64,000 nucleotides of DNA from Deltaproteobacteria bacterium (GCA_032128375.1 JAQBGU010000084.1:32001-96000), one strand, 5' to 3'. Shown: positions 36,926-47,664, counted from the first letter of the stretch. Notes: generated from the sequence alone by a model not told the origin. A program made the numbers and translations.

Positions 36926-38131
36926 CTAGTGGACCACACCACGCGAGCGAAGAGCCTCAATCGCCGCCGAGTCTCTCCCGAGTTCCGCCAGAACTTCATC
37001 GGTGTGTTGCCCTGCGTTGGGTGCCATCCAGCGTGGTTCGCACGGCTTCCCTCCGAAATCGGCTGGCGTGGCGGGGAGTAGCGTCGTCCCAACACCATCT
37101 GGAACTTCGACGAAGCCACCGGCCGCGTGTGTCTGGGGATCGGCGACGACCTCATCGAGGCTCTGCACGGGCGCCCACCACATATCTGGCTCGGTGTCGA
37201 AGATTCGTGTCCAGTCCGCGCGGTTCTTGGTTGCGAACACTTCGTCGAGTAGTGTGATCAGAGTCTTGGCGTTCTCTTGGCGCGCGTCGCGGGTTGCGAA
37301 TCGCTCGTCGTCGATCCACTCCGGGTGGCCGGCGCAGCGCGCCAGCGGAGGCCAGTGCCGCTCGGCTTCGAGCCCGACGATCCAGAACCAGCGTCCATCG
37401 CTATCTTGGTAGGCGTTGATGGTGGGGTTGCCCATGGCCGTGCGCTCTGCTGGCTGCATGGGGACGCCGAATCGCAGCGTTAGCGCCATGTCGAAGCTCA
37501 ACGTGTAGATCCCCTGGCGCAGCAGCGAGGTCGATACGAGCTGGCCCTTTCCGGTCTTCTCGCGCGCGAACAGCGCCGCCGACACGGCACCTGCGGCCAC
37601 CATGCCTGCACCGTGGTCGCCCATCCCACCGCGTTGGAACGGGGGTTGACCGCCCGGTTGACTCAACATGTGCGCAATTCCCGATCGCGCCCAGAACGCA
37701 GAAATGTCGTAGGCGGCGCGGTCCTTGTCTGGACCATCGAATCCGTAACCAGTAATCGCGCAGTAGATGAGACGCGGGTTGCGCTTGACAAGCGAACTCG
37801 GATCGAAACCGAAGCGTTGCAATGCGGCCTGACGGATGTTCGAGACGAATACGTCCGCCTGATCCACGAGCTCGAGCGCGAGTGCCTGCCCTTCGTCGGT
37901 CGTCCAATCGATCACGATGCTTCGCTTGCCGCGGTTGTCCATTTCGAACGGTGGATTGAACGGCAGGTCGCCGCCGATCATTCTGGCGAATGTGCGGGCT
38001 GGGTCGCCGATGCCCGGCGGTTCGATCTTGATGACGTCGGCACCCCAATCGGCGAGGATCAAGCTGGCCGCGGGGCCCGCGATCCAGACGCCCATCTCCA
38101 CCACCCTGACGCCATCCATGGGCCCCGTCAT
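36926..38131 (-). CDS. Family III CoA-transferase (CaiB/BaiF)
   Basis: IAGPAAS..LADWGADVIKIEPP, NRGKRS, GQHTDEVLAELG. Confidence 0.93.
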   Translation of the reverse strand: MTGPMDGVRVVEMGVWIAGPAASLILADWGADVIKIEPPGIGDPARTFARMIGGDLPFNPPFEMDNRGKRSIVIDWTTDEGQALALELVDQADVFVSNIRQAALQRFGFDPSSLVKRNPRLIYCAITGYGFDGPDKDRAAYDISAFWARSGIAHMLSQPGGQPPFQRGGMGDHGAGMVAAGAVSAALFAREKTGKGQLVSTSLLRQGIYTLSFDMALTLRFGVPMQPAERTAMGNPTINAYQDSDGRWFWIVGLEAERHWPPLARCAGHPEWIDDERFATRDARQENAKTLITLLDEVFATKNRADWTRIFDTEPDMWWAPVQSLDEVVADPQTHAAGGFVEVPDGVGTTLLPATPADFGGKPCEPRWMAPNAGQHTDEVLAELGRDSAAIEALRSRGVVH

Positions 38132-39234
38132 TTCGATCCTGCTGCTGGGGCCCAGGCGAGGTCATTGCCGCGCTTGATCAGTCGGTGCCGCGGCGCGAGC
38201 GCAAGGATCGGCTCCCAGCCGGTTCCGGAGATCACTGCGTCGACTCGCGCGCGCTCGGCGCTCGGCAGCGCCCGATACGCGTCGAGCGAGCGTTGCAGCA
38301 TCCACAACGTGTAAGGCCGCGCACCGCATTGCAGCGCTGTCCCGCGATATTGCGACTCGGCGAGCCCGATGGCGCGCGGCGGCGTTCCGTCGGCCGCGTG
38401 TTCGTCCGCCCAGTCTTCGATTGCGGCCACCGCGGCGACGAGCATCCCAACGCCATCGGCCATCACGCCTAACGCTTCGCGCATCGTGGGGGCGATTTCA
38501 TCGTCGGCGAGCCAGTTCCTCTGGTCCATGGGCGGCCGATTCATTCTCTCGATCCAGCAGCAGACGCGAAATGCGCTTTCGTACAAGAGCTCTTGCGGCA
38601 CAGCATCGCGAAACAGATGGCCGTAGAACGGCCCCAGCAGCGCACAATCGGCCAGCGACATCGCGTCGCCGAGCAGGAACCGGTGTTCGTCGAAGTGTCG
38701 GCACAACACTTCCATCAACTCGGCCAGATGGGCCTCGATCGCCGGACCGGACTCCTTCGTAACACCCAGAAACGGCAAGCTCCCCGACATCCGGTCGGCG
38801 AAACGCTGGCCGGCATCGGCTCGGCCGCTTGCAAACCCGAAATCGATCCTGGCCTTGTGGACGCTTTTCTCGAACGCCCAGCGGTAGTGCATGGCAGGGA
38901 GCAGCGCGACCTCGTCGCTGTAGAGTTCAATCAAGTACGCGATGATCCTCTGCACCGGCGTCTTCGGGTAGAGCGGAGGCTCGGGATGACGCTCTTCCAG
39001 ACGATCCAGAATCGTGCTGGTGTCTTGCCAGCCCTCCCCCTCGGGCGTCATCAATACCGGAATGAAAGTCATCCCAGTCTGTTCGCGGATCAGTTTGTAG
39101 TCCGGGAGGACTTCGCGATACCACAGTCCTTTGTGTGGCAGCGCGGGTCGTACCTTGCCCGAAAAGTACGACACATCTGCAGCATGGAGAATGTACGGAC
39201 CCTCTTGATTCATGTTGTATCCCATGTGATCCAT
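38128..39234 (-). CDS. Glutathione S-transferase family protein
   Basis: SYFSGKVR, FIPVL..QDTSTI, AMHYRW, FLLGDAMSLADCALLGP. Confidence 0.85.
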   Translation of the reverse strand: MDHMGYNMNQEGPYILHAADVSYFSGKVRPALPHKGLWYREVLPDYKLIREQTGMTFIPVLMTPEGEGWQDTSTILDRLEERHPEPPLYPKTPVQRIIAYLIELYSDEVALLPAMHYRWAFEKSVHKARIDFGFASGRADAGQRFADRMSGSLPFLGVTKESGPAIEAHLAELMEVLCRHFDEHRFLLGDAMSLADCALLGPFYGHLFRDAVPQELLYESAFRVCCWIERMNRPPMDQRNWLADDEIAPTMREALGVMADGVGMLVAAVAAIEDWADEHAADGTPPRAIGLAESQYRGTALQCGARPYTLWMLQRSLDAYRALPSAERARVDAVISGTGWEPILALAPRHRLIKRGNDLAWAPAAGSK

Positions 39235-39248
39235 CGCGGGGTCCGCCG

Positions 39249-39710
39249 CTATCGGTTCTCGGGGGGAATGTGAGCCAACTCGAGCTTCACTCCGTCCGGA
39301 TCCGCATAGAAGGCCGCGTAGTAGCCTTGGGTGTATGCCGGTTGGTCGCTGTAGTCATGAGGAGGGTCGAGAATTTCTGCATTCACCGCCAGCATGGCTT
39401 CGTGTACCCGGCGCACTGTTTCGGGGCAGTCTGCGTGGAATGCGAGATGGTGTGGCCCAGGCTCATATCGATCATAGCGGCGATCGCGTCTGTCTTCTTT
39501 TGCCGGGCGCACCTCGATGGAAAAGTGGATCGTCTCTGCATACCGGAGGCTCCAGGTTGCTCGCTGGGGATTCGGACCGCTCCAATCCGGCGAATCGATC
39601 TTCCAGCGGCGGTAGCCGAGCGCCTCGAGGAAAGCGGCGTAGAAAGGAATTGATTTCTCGGGATAGCCGACAGAGATGTCGATATGCGCAAGAGGTCCCG
39701 TGATGGGCAT
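39249..39710 (-). CDS. VOC/glyoxalase family protein
   Basis: AHIDISV, GPHHLAFHA, YYAAFYADPDGVKLEL. Confidence 0.88.
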   Translation of the reverse strand: MPITGPLAHIDISVGYPEKSIPFYAAFLEALGYRRWKIDSPDWSGPNPQRATWSLRYAETIHFSIEVRPAKEDRRDRRYDRYEPGPHHLAFHADCPETVRRVHEAMLAVNAEILDPPHDYSDQPAYTQGYYAAFYADPDGVKLELAHIPPENR

Positions 39711-39942
39711 TGGATGCCTCCCATGGGTTTGAGCCGAGCTGAGAGTGTGTGCCGTTACCCTTCCAGCAACCAGGGGCACGATCCGAATAATGACCTACCA
39801 TCGCGATCGGGTGCCCCCCCTCCCTCGAATGCGAACGGCTGCGAATGCTGCGAGGATGAGTGGTAGCGAGATGCGGAAAACCTGGGGCCGGGGCGTGCCG
39901 GAAGTGCGGCGATTGCCGTTGATCGGGTCATTGATCGGGTCA

Positions 39943-40812
39943 ATGAAGCGGATCGCCAGCTTGGTAAGCGCCGTATGGATGGCTGTCCTGTGGCTGGGTT
40001 GTGTGGGCCCGCCGCTGCGTACGAATGTCGATCGCGTCAGTCGCACGGGCATCGAGTTCTTCACCTTCCTGCAGTCACGCGGCAGTTCCATCGCGGATAT
40101 TCGCTCGTCTCTGCCAGACGCCAAGGTCGACACCGTCTTTCTGGTCGACCCGAACGTTTCGAATGGAGAACTCGCAGATTTCGTTCGGGTCGACGCGAGT
40201 GGGTACAGCTTCGAAATTTTTCTTCGGGTCATCGTGTCGCGGGTCAATCATCAGGTTTATCGCTACATCGTGCGCGGTGACTGGCGAGGAGTGAAGATGG
40301 GATATAGAGAGCTATCGCACGATGATCTGTACGACGCGATCTATCTCCATACGCATCCCGACGAGAAACGAATCCTCCCGGTCTCGTTGAATGATTTCAT
40401 CCATGCAAGTGTGTTTCCGAACGTGATGACGTTGGTCGTCGGTGCTGGAATTGCGCTGGAGTTCGAAACCGCCGAATCGAGCCAGAGCGAAACCGTTCTC
40501 GACGCAGACGGCAGCCTAACCGCGCTGAAGCGGCCACGTCGGGAGCCGCTTCGAAACAAGCACCAGATGATGGGCAAGCGCCGGGATACCGAAGGGCCGA
40601 CATTCGAGTTGGACCGCGTCTTCCGTGACAAAGTGTACAGTGGGCACAGGCGAGTCACGCTTCAAAACCCGGAAGGCTTGCGGGTGACATTCGATCGCGA
40701 CCAGACGTTGACGCGGCGTCTCGATGCCGCGTACCTGGACGCCGATATCTCCCTACCGCGTGTGGGTTCACAATGGACGCGGCTCCCCGTCGACAGTCTC
40801 GCTCCCCAGTAG
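39943..40812 (+). CDS. Hypothetical lipoprotein with HxHP..SxxD motif
   Basis: MKRIASLVSAVWMAVLWLG|C signal; 'YLHTHPDEKRILPVSLNDF'. Confidence 0.6.
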   Translation: MKRIASLVSAVWMAVLWLGCVGPPLRTNVDRVSRTGIEFFTFLQSRGSSIADIRSSLPDAKVDTVFLVDPNVSNGELADFVRVDASGYSFEIFLRVIVSRVNHQVYRYIVRGDWRGVKMGYRELSHDDLYDAIYLHTHPDEKRILPVSLNDFIHASVFPNVMTLVVGAGIALEFETAESSQSETVLDADGSLTALKRPRREPLRNKHQMMGKRRDTEGPTFELDRVFRDKVYSGHRRVTLQNPEGLRVTFDRDQTLTRRLDAAYLDADISLPRVGSQWTRLPVDSLAPQ

Positions 40813-40870
40813 CGACGTCCTTTGCGCCGAGCCCGACCCGCATCATTTCCCCAATCCTCCTCACCAACAA

Positions 40871-41107
40871 GCCCGACAGACCATCGGCAAACTCCTGACC
40901 CTGTACGGGCAACTCCCCTCCTATCGCGCCATGTTCGATAACGAAAGTCTGGCGGGGCCCGCTGATCTGGCGATCGTTGGCGACGAGGAACGCCGAACTC
41001 GACCGCCTGCGCGACGCGGGGGTGACAGATTTCGACGCGGCGATCATGCCGATCGAAGAGGGCGCCGATGATCGCGCGATCGCATTTTCCTGCAGACCCG
41101 GCTGTAG
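40871..41107 (+). pseudogene. C-terminal remnant of an LLM-class (F420-dependent-like) oxidoreductase
   Basis: 'YGQLPSYRAMFDNESLAGPADLAIVGDEE', then frameshifted 'LDRLRDAGVTDF'. Confidence 0.7.
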
Positions 41108-41160
41108 GTCACAACGGGTGTGAACTGTTTCCAGCTGAGTTCGCAGGCTGTATCGGGCGG

Positions 41161-42474
41161 CTAGGGATCATCGTGCTGCGGCGCGCTGCGCGGCTCGGAC
41201 TTGGGCTGCGACCGCGAGAAGCGTAGCTCGCGGAAGTCGAACCAGTCTGGCTGATCGGATTGAATCTGGCGCGCCTTTTCCGGAAGAAAGGGTTGGGTTC
41301 GGGCCTGTGCGGACAACGCGACGGGAATTCGCTCCAACGAAAAAATCGAGCTGTAGATTCCCAACCCGGCGCACGCGATGACCGCTGCCGGTGGTCGCGC
41401 AAGCGCGGGGAAGGCGCACAGCAGCGAGAGCAATGCGAAGGGCCACGCGACGATGGTGAGCCGGCCGAACGCCCAGGTGCCGGTCATTCCTGCGAGCGAC
41501 GCGTGAAACAGCACGATGATGGCAGCCGCCACCGGCAAGATCCAAAACCGCCGTTCGAGCCGGAACAGCCCGGCCACGATCGAAACCAAATACAAACCCA
41601 GCGTCGCATAAGTCGTCAGGTAGAGGGTCCAGCCTTTCCACAGGCCCGGACGAAACCCCGTCATCAGGCTCTGGAAAGGCCAGCTGAGATGGGTATCCCA
41701 AAATACCGAATGAGCGTCAGCGATACCCTCGAAGCCCGGTAGGCGCCAGTACAAATAGAGGTTGTACAGCGCGAAACTGGCGATCGGCAGTGCAAGGAGT
41801 AGTGAACTCCGCAGCGTCAAAGCTGACCGCAATCGATCGAGCGGGCTGCCCGGACTGTTCGACGACCACAAGACCCAATGCAGGGCCAGCGGGGCGCCAA
41901 TCAGGAACATTGGGAACCGGGTCAGGCCGGCGGCCGCGAGCAACAGCATGGACGCGCCCAGACGGCAGCGCAGTATCGCAATGACACTTCCAAGTGCAAA
42001 CAAGATGGCGAGCGACTCCGCGAACGCGGAAGAACCCACCATCGCCCAACGTGGATTGGCAAACACGAACAACAGCGAAGGCCACAGTGGTGGAATCCCA
42101 AGTTCCAAACACAACACGAATACCGCACTCGCGCACAGCGCCGCCGGCAGCGTGCTTGCGATCAACGCGGCCAATCCCCAGTCGACCAGCGCATCCGGAG
42201 TCAGCCACCGGACCAGCGCGATCAGCGCGGGGTATCCGGGAGCTTGTCCCATGTAATCCCGAGCCCCGTCGCCAAACGGCAACGGAAACGACTTCGCGAT
42301 CTCGATGTAGAGGTGTCCATCGAAGAAAAGCGCGAAATTCGAGTGCGTGACGTCGACCGAGCGAATCGCCAGCGAGCCGAGAATCGCGTGAAACGAAACC
42401 GCCAAAACGACCACCGACGCGAGCGGTACGCAGTCTTCCCTGCGGAAGAGCAATGTCGAGCGCGGGTCCGACAC
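41161..42474 (-). CDS. GT-C-fold-like polytopic glycosyltransferase
   Basis: TM helix followed by 'FFDGHLYIEIAKS', 'PGYPALI', 'AESL', 'LTRF'; many TM segments. Confidence 0.65.
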   Translation of the reverse strand: MSDPRSTLLFRREDCVPLASVVVLAVSFHAILGSLAIRSVDVTHSNFALFFDGHLYIEIAKSFPLPFGDGARDYMGQAPGYPALIALVRWLTPDALVDWGLAALIASTLPAALCASAVFVLCLELGIPPLWPSLLFVFANPRWAMVGSSAFAESLAILFALGSVIAILRCRLGASMLLLAAAGLTRFPMFLIGAPLALHWVLWSSNSPGSPLDRLRSALTLRSSLLLALPIASFALYNLYLYWRLPGFEGIADAHSVFWDTHLSWPFQSLMTGFRPGLWKGWTLYLTTYATLGLYLVSIVAGLFRLERRFWILPVAAAIIVLFHASLAGMTGTWAFGRLTIVAWPFALLSLLCAFPALARPPAAVIACAGLGIYSSIFSLERIPVALSAQARTQPFLPEKARQIQSDQPDWFDFRELRFSRSQPKSEPRSAPQHDDP

Positions 42475-42726
42475 GGGGCGAGAGTACCATTGCGACCCGA
42501 TCCGTGCTGGCGGGGCAGCTCACCGCGCTTGCAACCCCTCGCACAGGTGTTGGCGCAGCTGCTGTGTTGGGGATGGGGGATGTAGCATTCACCCGGAGGG
42601 CCGCGCAGACTGGATATGGAGACAGTGAATGGGCCTCGGAATGCGATGCAAACGGCCCGGAGGCGTGGCTTGCGAAAGCTCGTTGTGAAAAGCCGCATCG
42701 AGAACGAGCGCAGTCAGCAAGAGCCC

Positions 42727-44226
42727 ATGCGTTGGGGGCCTTCTGGCTGGACGGTACGCGTCGTGTGCGTTGCGGCGTTGTTGCTGTTTGCATCACTCGG
42801 TTGCCAATTCGAATCCTCCACGCAGCGGCTGTCGCGTCCGAACATCCTATGGGTCGTCTGGGACACCGTGCGTGCCTCGAATATGAGCGTTTATGGCTAC
42901 GACCGGGCTACCACCCCGCACCTGCAGGAATGGGTCCGGCGCGCCCGGGTATACGACAATGTGTTGTCGGCCGCGAGCACGACGATCCCCTCGCATGCAT
43001 CGATGTTCACGGGGATGCTCCCGGCACAACACGGGGTCGATGATGGCCACCCGAAGCTCGGCGAGCAGCACCAAACGATCGCCGAAATTCTGAGGGACGC
43101 CGGCTACCGCACGTACCTGTTTTCTGCGAACCCGTACGTTGGAGCGTCGACTTCCCTCTCGCAAGGGTTCGACGTAGTCGAACATCCATGGAGTCCCGCG
43201 TTCAAGGACGAGGCGAATCGCATTCTCGCGGAAAAGACGGCCCCGTATTCGAACGATGCCAGCCAACCGCCCAGCTGGGCCCGGTACGTCAAGACAGCAG
43301 GCGTGTTGGCACAGCAGGGCTTGACCCACTGGCTCGAACTGCAGGGCGAGCGACCGTTCTTCGCGGTAGTCAACTACATGGAGGCTCACCTGCCGCTGGT
43401 GCCCGATCGCCAGCATCGCGAGCAGTTCATGACCGACACTGAGCTCGAGAGGTCATACGAATCGCCGGTGCTAGGCATGAACGTTTGGCGCTATACCACG
43501 GGCCTGATGGAGCTGGAAGAGTCGCAGCTCGGAGTGCTACGTCTTACATACGACGCCGCGATCTCCGAACTCGATCATTTGTTTTTCGAATTGCTGCGCT
43601 CACTCGACAGCAGCGGGAGGCTCGCTGACACCGTAGTTGTGTTGACAGCAGACCACGGTGAACTGCTCGGGGAGCACCACATGCTCAACCACCAGTATTC
43701 TGTCCACGAGTCGCTGCTGCGCGTGCCGCTGATCATCAGTCATCCCACGCTGATCGAACCCGGACGCGATTCGCGGCCGGTCATGAACGTCGACCTGTTT
43801 CCCACGCTGTTAGAGCTGGCCGGGGTTTCCGTCGAGACGAAGCACCGCTCGGAGGCAGTGAGTCTGTTTTCGCGCCAAACCGAGCGGGTGCGTCTTTCCG
43901 AATACCCGTTCGCTGACCGCAAACACATCCGCTACCTCGAATTGGACAACCCCGGCTTCGTACCCGATCCGTGGCTGCGCTCGTTGCGGGCATTTCGGTC
44001 GGGAACCCTGAAATACATCTGGGCATCCGACGGGCGCCACGCGTTGTACGACATGGCAGCCGACCCCGATGAGCAAACCAATCTGGTGCGAGAGCGCCCG
44101 AAGCTGGCCGAGCTCCTCGATACACAGCTGCATCGCTTCCTCGAGAACCTGGGCGATAGAGGTCGCGGCGGCACAGCAGAATTCAGTGACGAAACTCGCG
44201 CGATGTTGGAGTCTCTGGGTTACTGA
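42727..44226 (+). CDS. Sulfatase-superfamily protein (TxPSH type)
   Basis: NILWVVWDTVRA, TTIPSHASMFTG, NYMEAHLP, TADHGE, C-terminal LESLGY; start 42727 or 42616. Confidence 0.88.
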   Translation: MRWGPSGWTVRVVCVAALLLFASLGCQFESSTQRLSRPNILWVVWDTVRASNMSVYGYDRATTPHLQEWVRRARVYDNVLSAASTTIPSHASMFTGMLPAQHGVDDGHPKLGEQHQTIAEILRDAGYRTYLFSANPYVGASTSLSQGFDVVEHPWSPAFKDEANRILAEKTAPYSNDASQPPSWARYVKTAGVLAQQGLTHWLELQGERPFFAVVNYMEAHLPLVPDRQHREQFMTDTELERSYESPVLGMNVWRYTTGLMELEESQLGVLRLTYDAAISELDHLFFELLRSLDSSGRLADTVVVLTADHGELLGEHHMLNHQYSVHESLLRVPLIISHPTLIEPGRDSRPVMNVDLFPTLLELAGVSVETKHRSEAVSLFSRQTERVRLSEYPFADRKHIRYLELDNPGFVPDPWLRSLRAFRSGTLKYIWASDGRHALYDMAADPDEQTNLVRERPKLAELLDTQLHRFLENLGDRGRGGTAEFSDETRAMLESLGY

Positions 44227-44335
44227 CGCGCAGGTTGTCCCGGCTGGACGCGGGTCTGGCCAAGTCTTGAATCGCAGCGAGCGGCGAGGCTGGCCAGCAG
44301 CCCGCATCGCCTCGTTCGCGATACTTCGATCGGGA

Positions 44336-44875
44336 TCAGGCGGCCGAGCCGCGTCTGCGGAGCCACGGTGAGACGGCGATGAAGCCGATGGCAAAGACGA
44401 GACCGGCGCTGGGCTCCGGCACGCCGGTGGCTGCGCTCACGTTCGTGTCGACCGGTCGGAAACCCAGAACACCCGAGACGATGTGGCCTGTCGGGTTCCA
44501 ATGCACGGAAAAGGCGAACGTTTCATCGATTGTCAGGTAGGCGCCGGCATCGTTGAACCCCGAAAAGGCGATGCCTACCAGGACGCCATCTTCGATCGTG
44601 GCCCAGGGAGCACCGGGGAAGTTGAGGTCGTCCTGCTCCGTGAAGACAGCCGACAGGATCTCGATGTCAAAATCAACGAGCAGCGCCAGGCCGTCGGGCG
44701 CGGGCGCCTCGAAGGTGGCGCTGCCGATCCCCTCTTGAAACTCATTGACGAAACCACCATCGAAGTCGATGCCGAACAGATACGCGTCGATTTCGAAAGT
44801 CATTGTGTTCGCGTGCGCGGGCGCAATCACGAAAAGCATGGACGCGATCAGAATGGTCAGCTTCAGCAGTCTCAT
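44336..44875 (-). CDS. PEP-CTERM sorting-domain protein
   Basis: Signal peptide ending AHA; C-terminal VPEP + TM helix + RRR. Confidence 0.88.
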   Translation of the reverse strand: MRLLKLTILIASMLFVIAPAHANTMTFEIDAYLFGIDFDGGFVNEFQEGIGSATFEAPAPDGLALLVDFDIEILSAVFTEQDDLNFPGAPWATIEDGVLVGIAFSGFNDAGAYLTIDETFAFSVHWNPTGHIVSGVLGFRPVDTNVSAATGVPEPSAGLVFAIGFIAVSPWLRRRGSAA

Positions 44876-45163
44876 TTTTCTCTTCCTTACCGTCGGGTCT
44901 GTCCGGCCATGCGAACTCGAGATCCGCGCAGCGACAGCGATCAGTACGTGGTGATTTTACCACGATAAGCTGGATGTGCTGGAAAATTAAGAAGAAATTG
45001 ATCTCGTTGCGAGATCTAAAATCCAGGCGCCAGGTCTGATTCTCGCTCCAGTCGTGGGACTAGGGGCCGGATCTGCCGGTCGCTGTACCCTCGATTTGCC
45101 CCTCGGTTTGCCCAGCTCGGTTGGCCCAGAGTGGCGAACTGCCCAGCGCGTTCTCGTCGGCCC

Positions 45164-45602
45164 CTATGGGGTCCACAGCGGTTCCGGAATCTCGAAACCG
45201 AGCTCGCCTCCCCACTGGTTTCGGTACGCGACTTCGTGTACCGGTCGGCGCGGCGCGACCCCCCAACGCCGGTCGGGTAGCCCATGGTGACCAGGCAGGC
45301 GAAATTCCAACCTTGATCCGTGGGGACGTTCAGGATTTCGAAGAACTTGTCGCGTTTGAACAACAACACGCCGGTGATCGCGCTGCCCACGCCATCTGCG
45401 CGCGCAGAGAGCATCGCGTTCCAGACCGCCGGAAAGATCGACCCCCCGCTCGGGTCTCCCTGGTTGAACGCAACCAAGATTTGCCACCACTCGGCGCGCG
45501 AATCGCTGCATCCAGCAGTCGCTTCTGCACATCCTCGGAGATGGGGCCGGGCTTCACGCGGCGCATCGCTCGGGTGGTGTAGAGGGCTTCTCGGACGTCC
45601 AT
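45164..45602 (-). pseudogene. Nitroreductase-family pseudogene
   Basis: Three frames: MDVREALYTTRAMRR..AIRAPSGG / GGSIFPAVWNAMLSARADGVGS..MGYP / RWGVAPRRPV; middle section missing. Confidence 0.82.
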
Positions 45603-45752
45603 CGGTTTCTTCCTTTCTGGGCGGGTGAATCTGAAACGGGTGCATTCAGGCTAGCTCCCCAGGTCGTCAGGATTGACGCCACCAATCCGGGTCCAACAAA
45701 ATGAGCCCCGGCGCGCGGCGAACTGGAGATGCGCCTGGTAGGTTGACGGCCT

Positions 45753-46565
45753 ATGGCGCTCACTAGCGACCCGACCCAGCGCGACATGCTCGAGGATTTT
45801 GATGCACGCGAGCTGAGCTTTGCCGGCAAGACCCGAACCGTCTTCGTGTCTGGCGATGGCCCGGCCGTGATCGTGATGGCCGAGATGCCCGGCATTCATC
45901 CCCAGGTTTGTGGTTTCGCGCGCCGTGTGCGGGACACCGGCTTCACCGTCTGGATGCCGCAGCTCTTCGGCGATCCGGGCGCGCCGGTTTCGGTCCTCCG
46001 CGCGGCAGGTGTCATGCTGCGCGGCTGCATCAGCCGCGAGTTCCGCGCTTTTGCCGCGGATCGCTCGAGTCCCGTGATCGACTGGTTGCGCGCACTCGCA
46101 GTTCACGCCCACCCCTTGTGCGGGGGGCTCGGGGTCGGCGCGATCGGGATGTGTTTTACGGGGAACTTCGCGCTCTCACTGATGCTCGAGCCGGTCGTGC
46201 GCGCGCCAGTGCTCTCACAACCGTCGCTGCCTCTGTTGAAGCGAGATGGTCTTCACATCGCTCCGGCTGAGCTCGCGCAGATCAAAGAACGCATGCAGCG
46301 CGAGGACTTGACTGTGATGGCCTACCGGTTCGAAGGCGACCCTTTCTGTCGCGCGGAGCGCTTCGCGGCTTACGAGGAAGCGCTCGGGGATCGCTTCGTC
46401 GGCCGAGTGCTGCCCGACTCGTCCGCGAACCCGGAGGGCCTCGAGCGCATGCCTCCACACAGTGTTGTGACAGTGCACCTGATCGATCGCGAGGGGGAGC
46501 CCACTCGCGAGGCGCTCGACGAGATCCTCGGATTTTTTCGGACGCGGCTGATCGAGTCGGAATAG
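45753..46565 (+). CDS. Dienelactone hydrolase family protein
   Basis: EMPGI, GAIGMCFTG nucleophile, VLSQPSLP, PHSVVT. Confidence 0.87.
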   Translation: MALTSDPTQRDMLEDFDARELSFAGKTRTVFVSGDGPAVIVMAEMPGIHPQVCGFARRVRDTGFTVWMPQLFGDPGAPVSVLRAAGVMLRGCISREFRAFAADRSSPVIDWLRALAVHAHPLCGGLGVGAIGMCFTGNFALSLMLEPVVRAPVLSQPSLPLLKRDGLHIAPAELAQIKERMQREDLTVMAYRFEGDPFCRAERFAAYEEALGDRFVGRVLPDSSANPEGLERMPPHSVVTVHLIDREGEPTREALDEILGFFRTRLIESE

Positions 46566-46755
46566 CCAGGCGTCGGCTCGGCACCACGGTGAACCTGGAC
46601 CGCTCCTCCGCATCGGGCGATCCGAGGCCTCGTGAAGAAATATCCGAATGCCGGCTTCTTCATGGCGCGCATCGAAATCTTTGGAGCGAAGGGTTTTGAG
46701 CGCGACCCGTCTCGCACCAGAATCGGCTGTTTGTCCAGGCGCACGCTTTGCCGCG

Positions 46756-47664
46756 TCAATCTCCGACCCACGCGACCGCCGTCGCGATGTTGTCGCCGGA
46801 ACGGTGGACGCGGTGCGCAGCGTTTGCTGCCTCTGCGATCGAGCGGGCCGCCTCGAGTGAGCGGTGCTCGGGTTCACTTTGCTGCGCGTTCGATACACAT
46901 TCGAATACAGTAGTCTCCGGCACGTCGACGCCGATTCCTCGTTCGGAAATCCCATCGGTGGCGAGCACGATCGCGCGCGTCGAGCCCAGCGGCTCGACGC
47001 CGATCAGACACATTTGGGACAGCGTCTCGCGAGTTTCGGAGGGGCGACCAAGGAAGCGGTTTCGGCTCGCGGTGTGGTAACCCAGATCGAACGACTCGAA
47101 GTCGTTGACGCGAAATATGTGGCTGTCGCCGACAGAAGCAAATGCGATGCAATCGTCTCCCGGCCGAACCACTGCGATGGCAAGGGTCGTACGCGCGGTG
47201 TCAAGTGCGCCTGCGGTCACGTCGGCCAGAATCGCGTTTTGAATCGCGAAGATCTCGTCGCATGCCCACGCTGCCCAGTTTTGCTGAAAGTTGGCAGCAT
47301 CTTGGCCAGTCCAGCGCTCGGCGGGGCCGCCCATCAACCTATCGATCGCGAGTCGGGCGGCATCCCGGCCACTGTGGCCGTCTGCCACGGCAACGACTAC
47401 ACCGGCGGGCCCGATCGCAAACGCCGCGGCGTCTTCATTCGGGTCGGTGTGTTCGTAGGTCTTGCGGGCGCCACCTTTCGACAGTGCGATTGCCGCGTTG
47501 CCCTGTGCGGTCGCCGATACGGCACCGATCGCATCGGACGCTTCCCCGTGTAGTTTCGCCTGGAAGATCTCGGCCGATCCAGCGTAGCCTTTTGCGGTCA
47601 CGAATCTCTCTCGAATGGGATTCGCCGCAGTATAGGTCCCGGCGGCCCCACGGCTTGATCTCAT
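46756..47664 (-). CDS. PP2C-like (PPM) phosphatase
   Basis: NEDA, AVADGHSG, TTL, SVGDS, LATDGI, DNIA; start uncertain. Confidence 0.82.
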   Translation of the reverse strand: MRSSRGAAGTYTAANPIRERFVTAKGYAGSAEIFQAKLHGEASDAIGAVSATAQGNAAIALSKGGARKTYEHTDPNEDAAAFAIGPAGVVVAVADGHSGRDAARLAIDRLMGGPAERWTGQDAANFQQNWAAWACDEIFAIQNAILADVTAGALDTARTTLAIAVVRPGDDCIAFASVGDSHIFRVNDFESFDLGYHTASRNRFLGRPSETRETLSQMCLIGVEPLGSTRAIVLATDGISERGIGVDVPETTVFECVSNAQQSEPEHRSLEAARSIAEAANAAHRVHRSGDNIATAVAWVGD

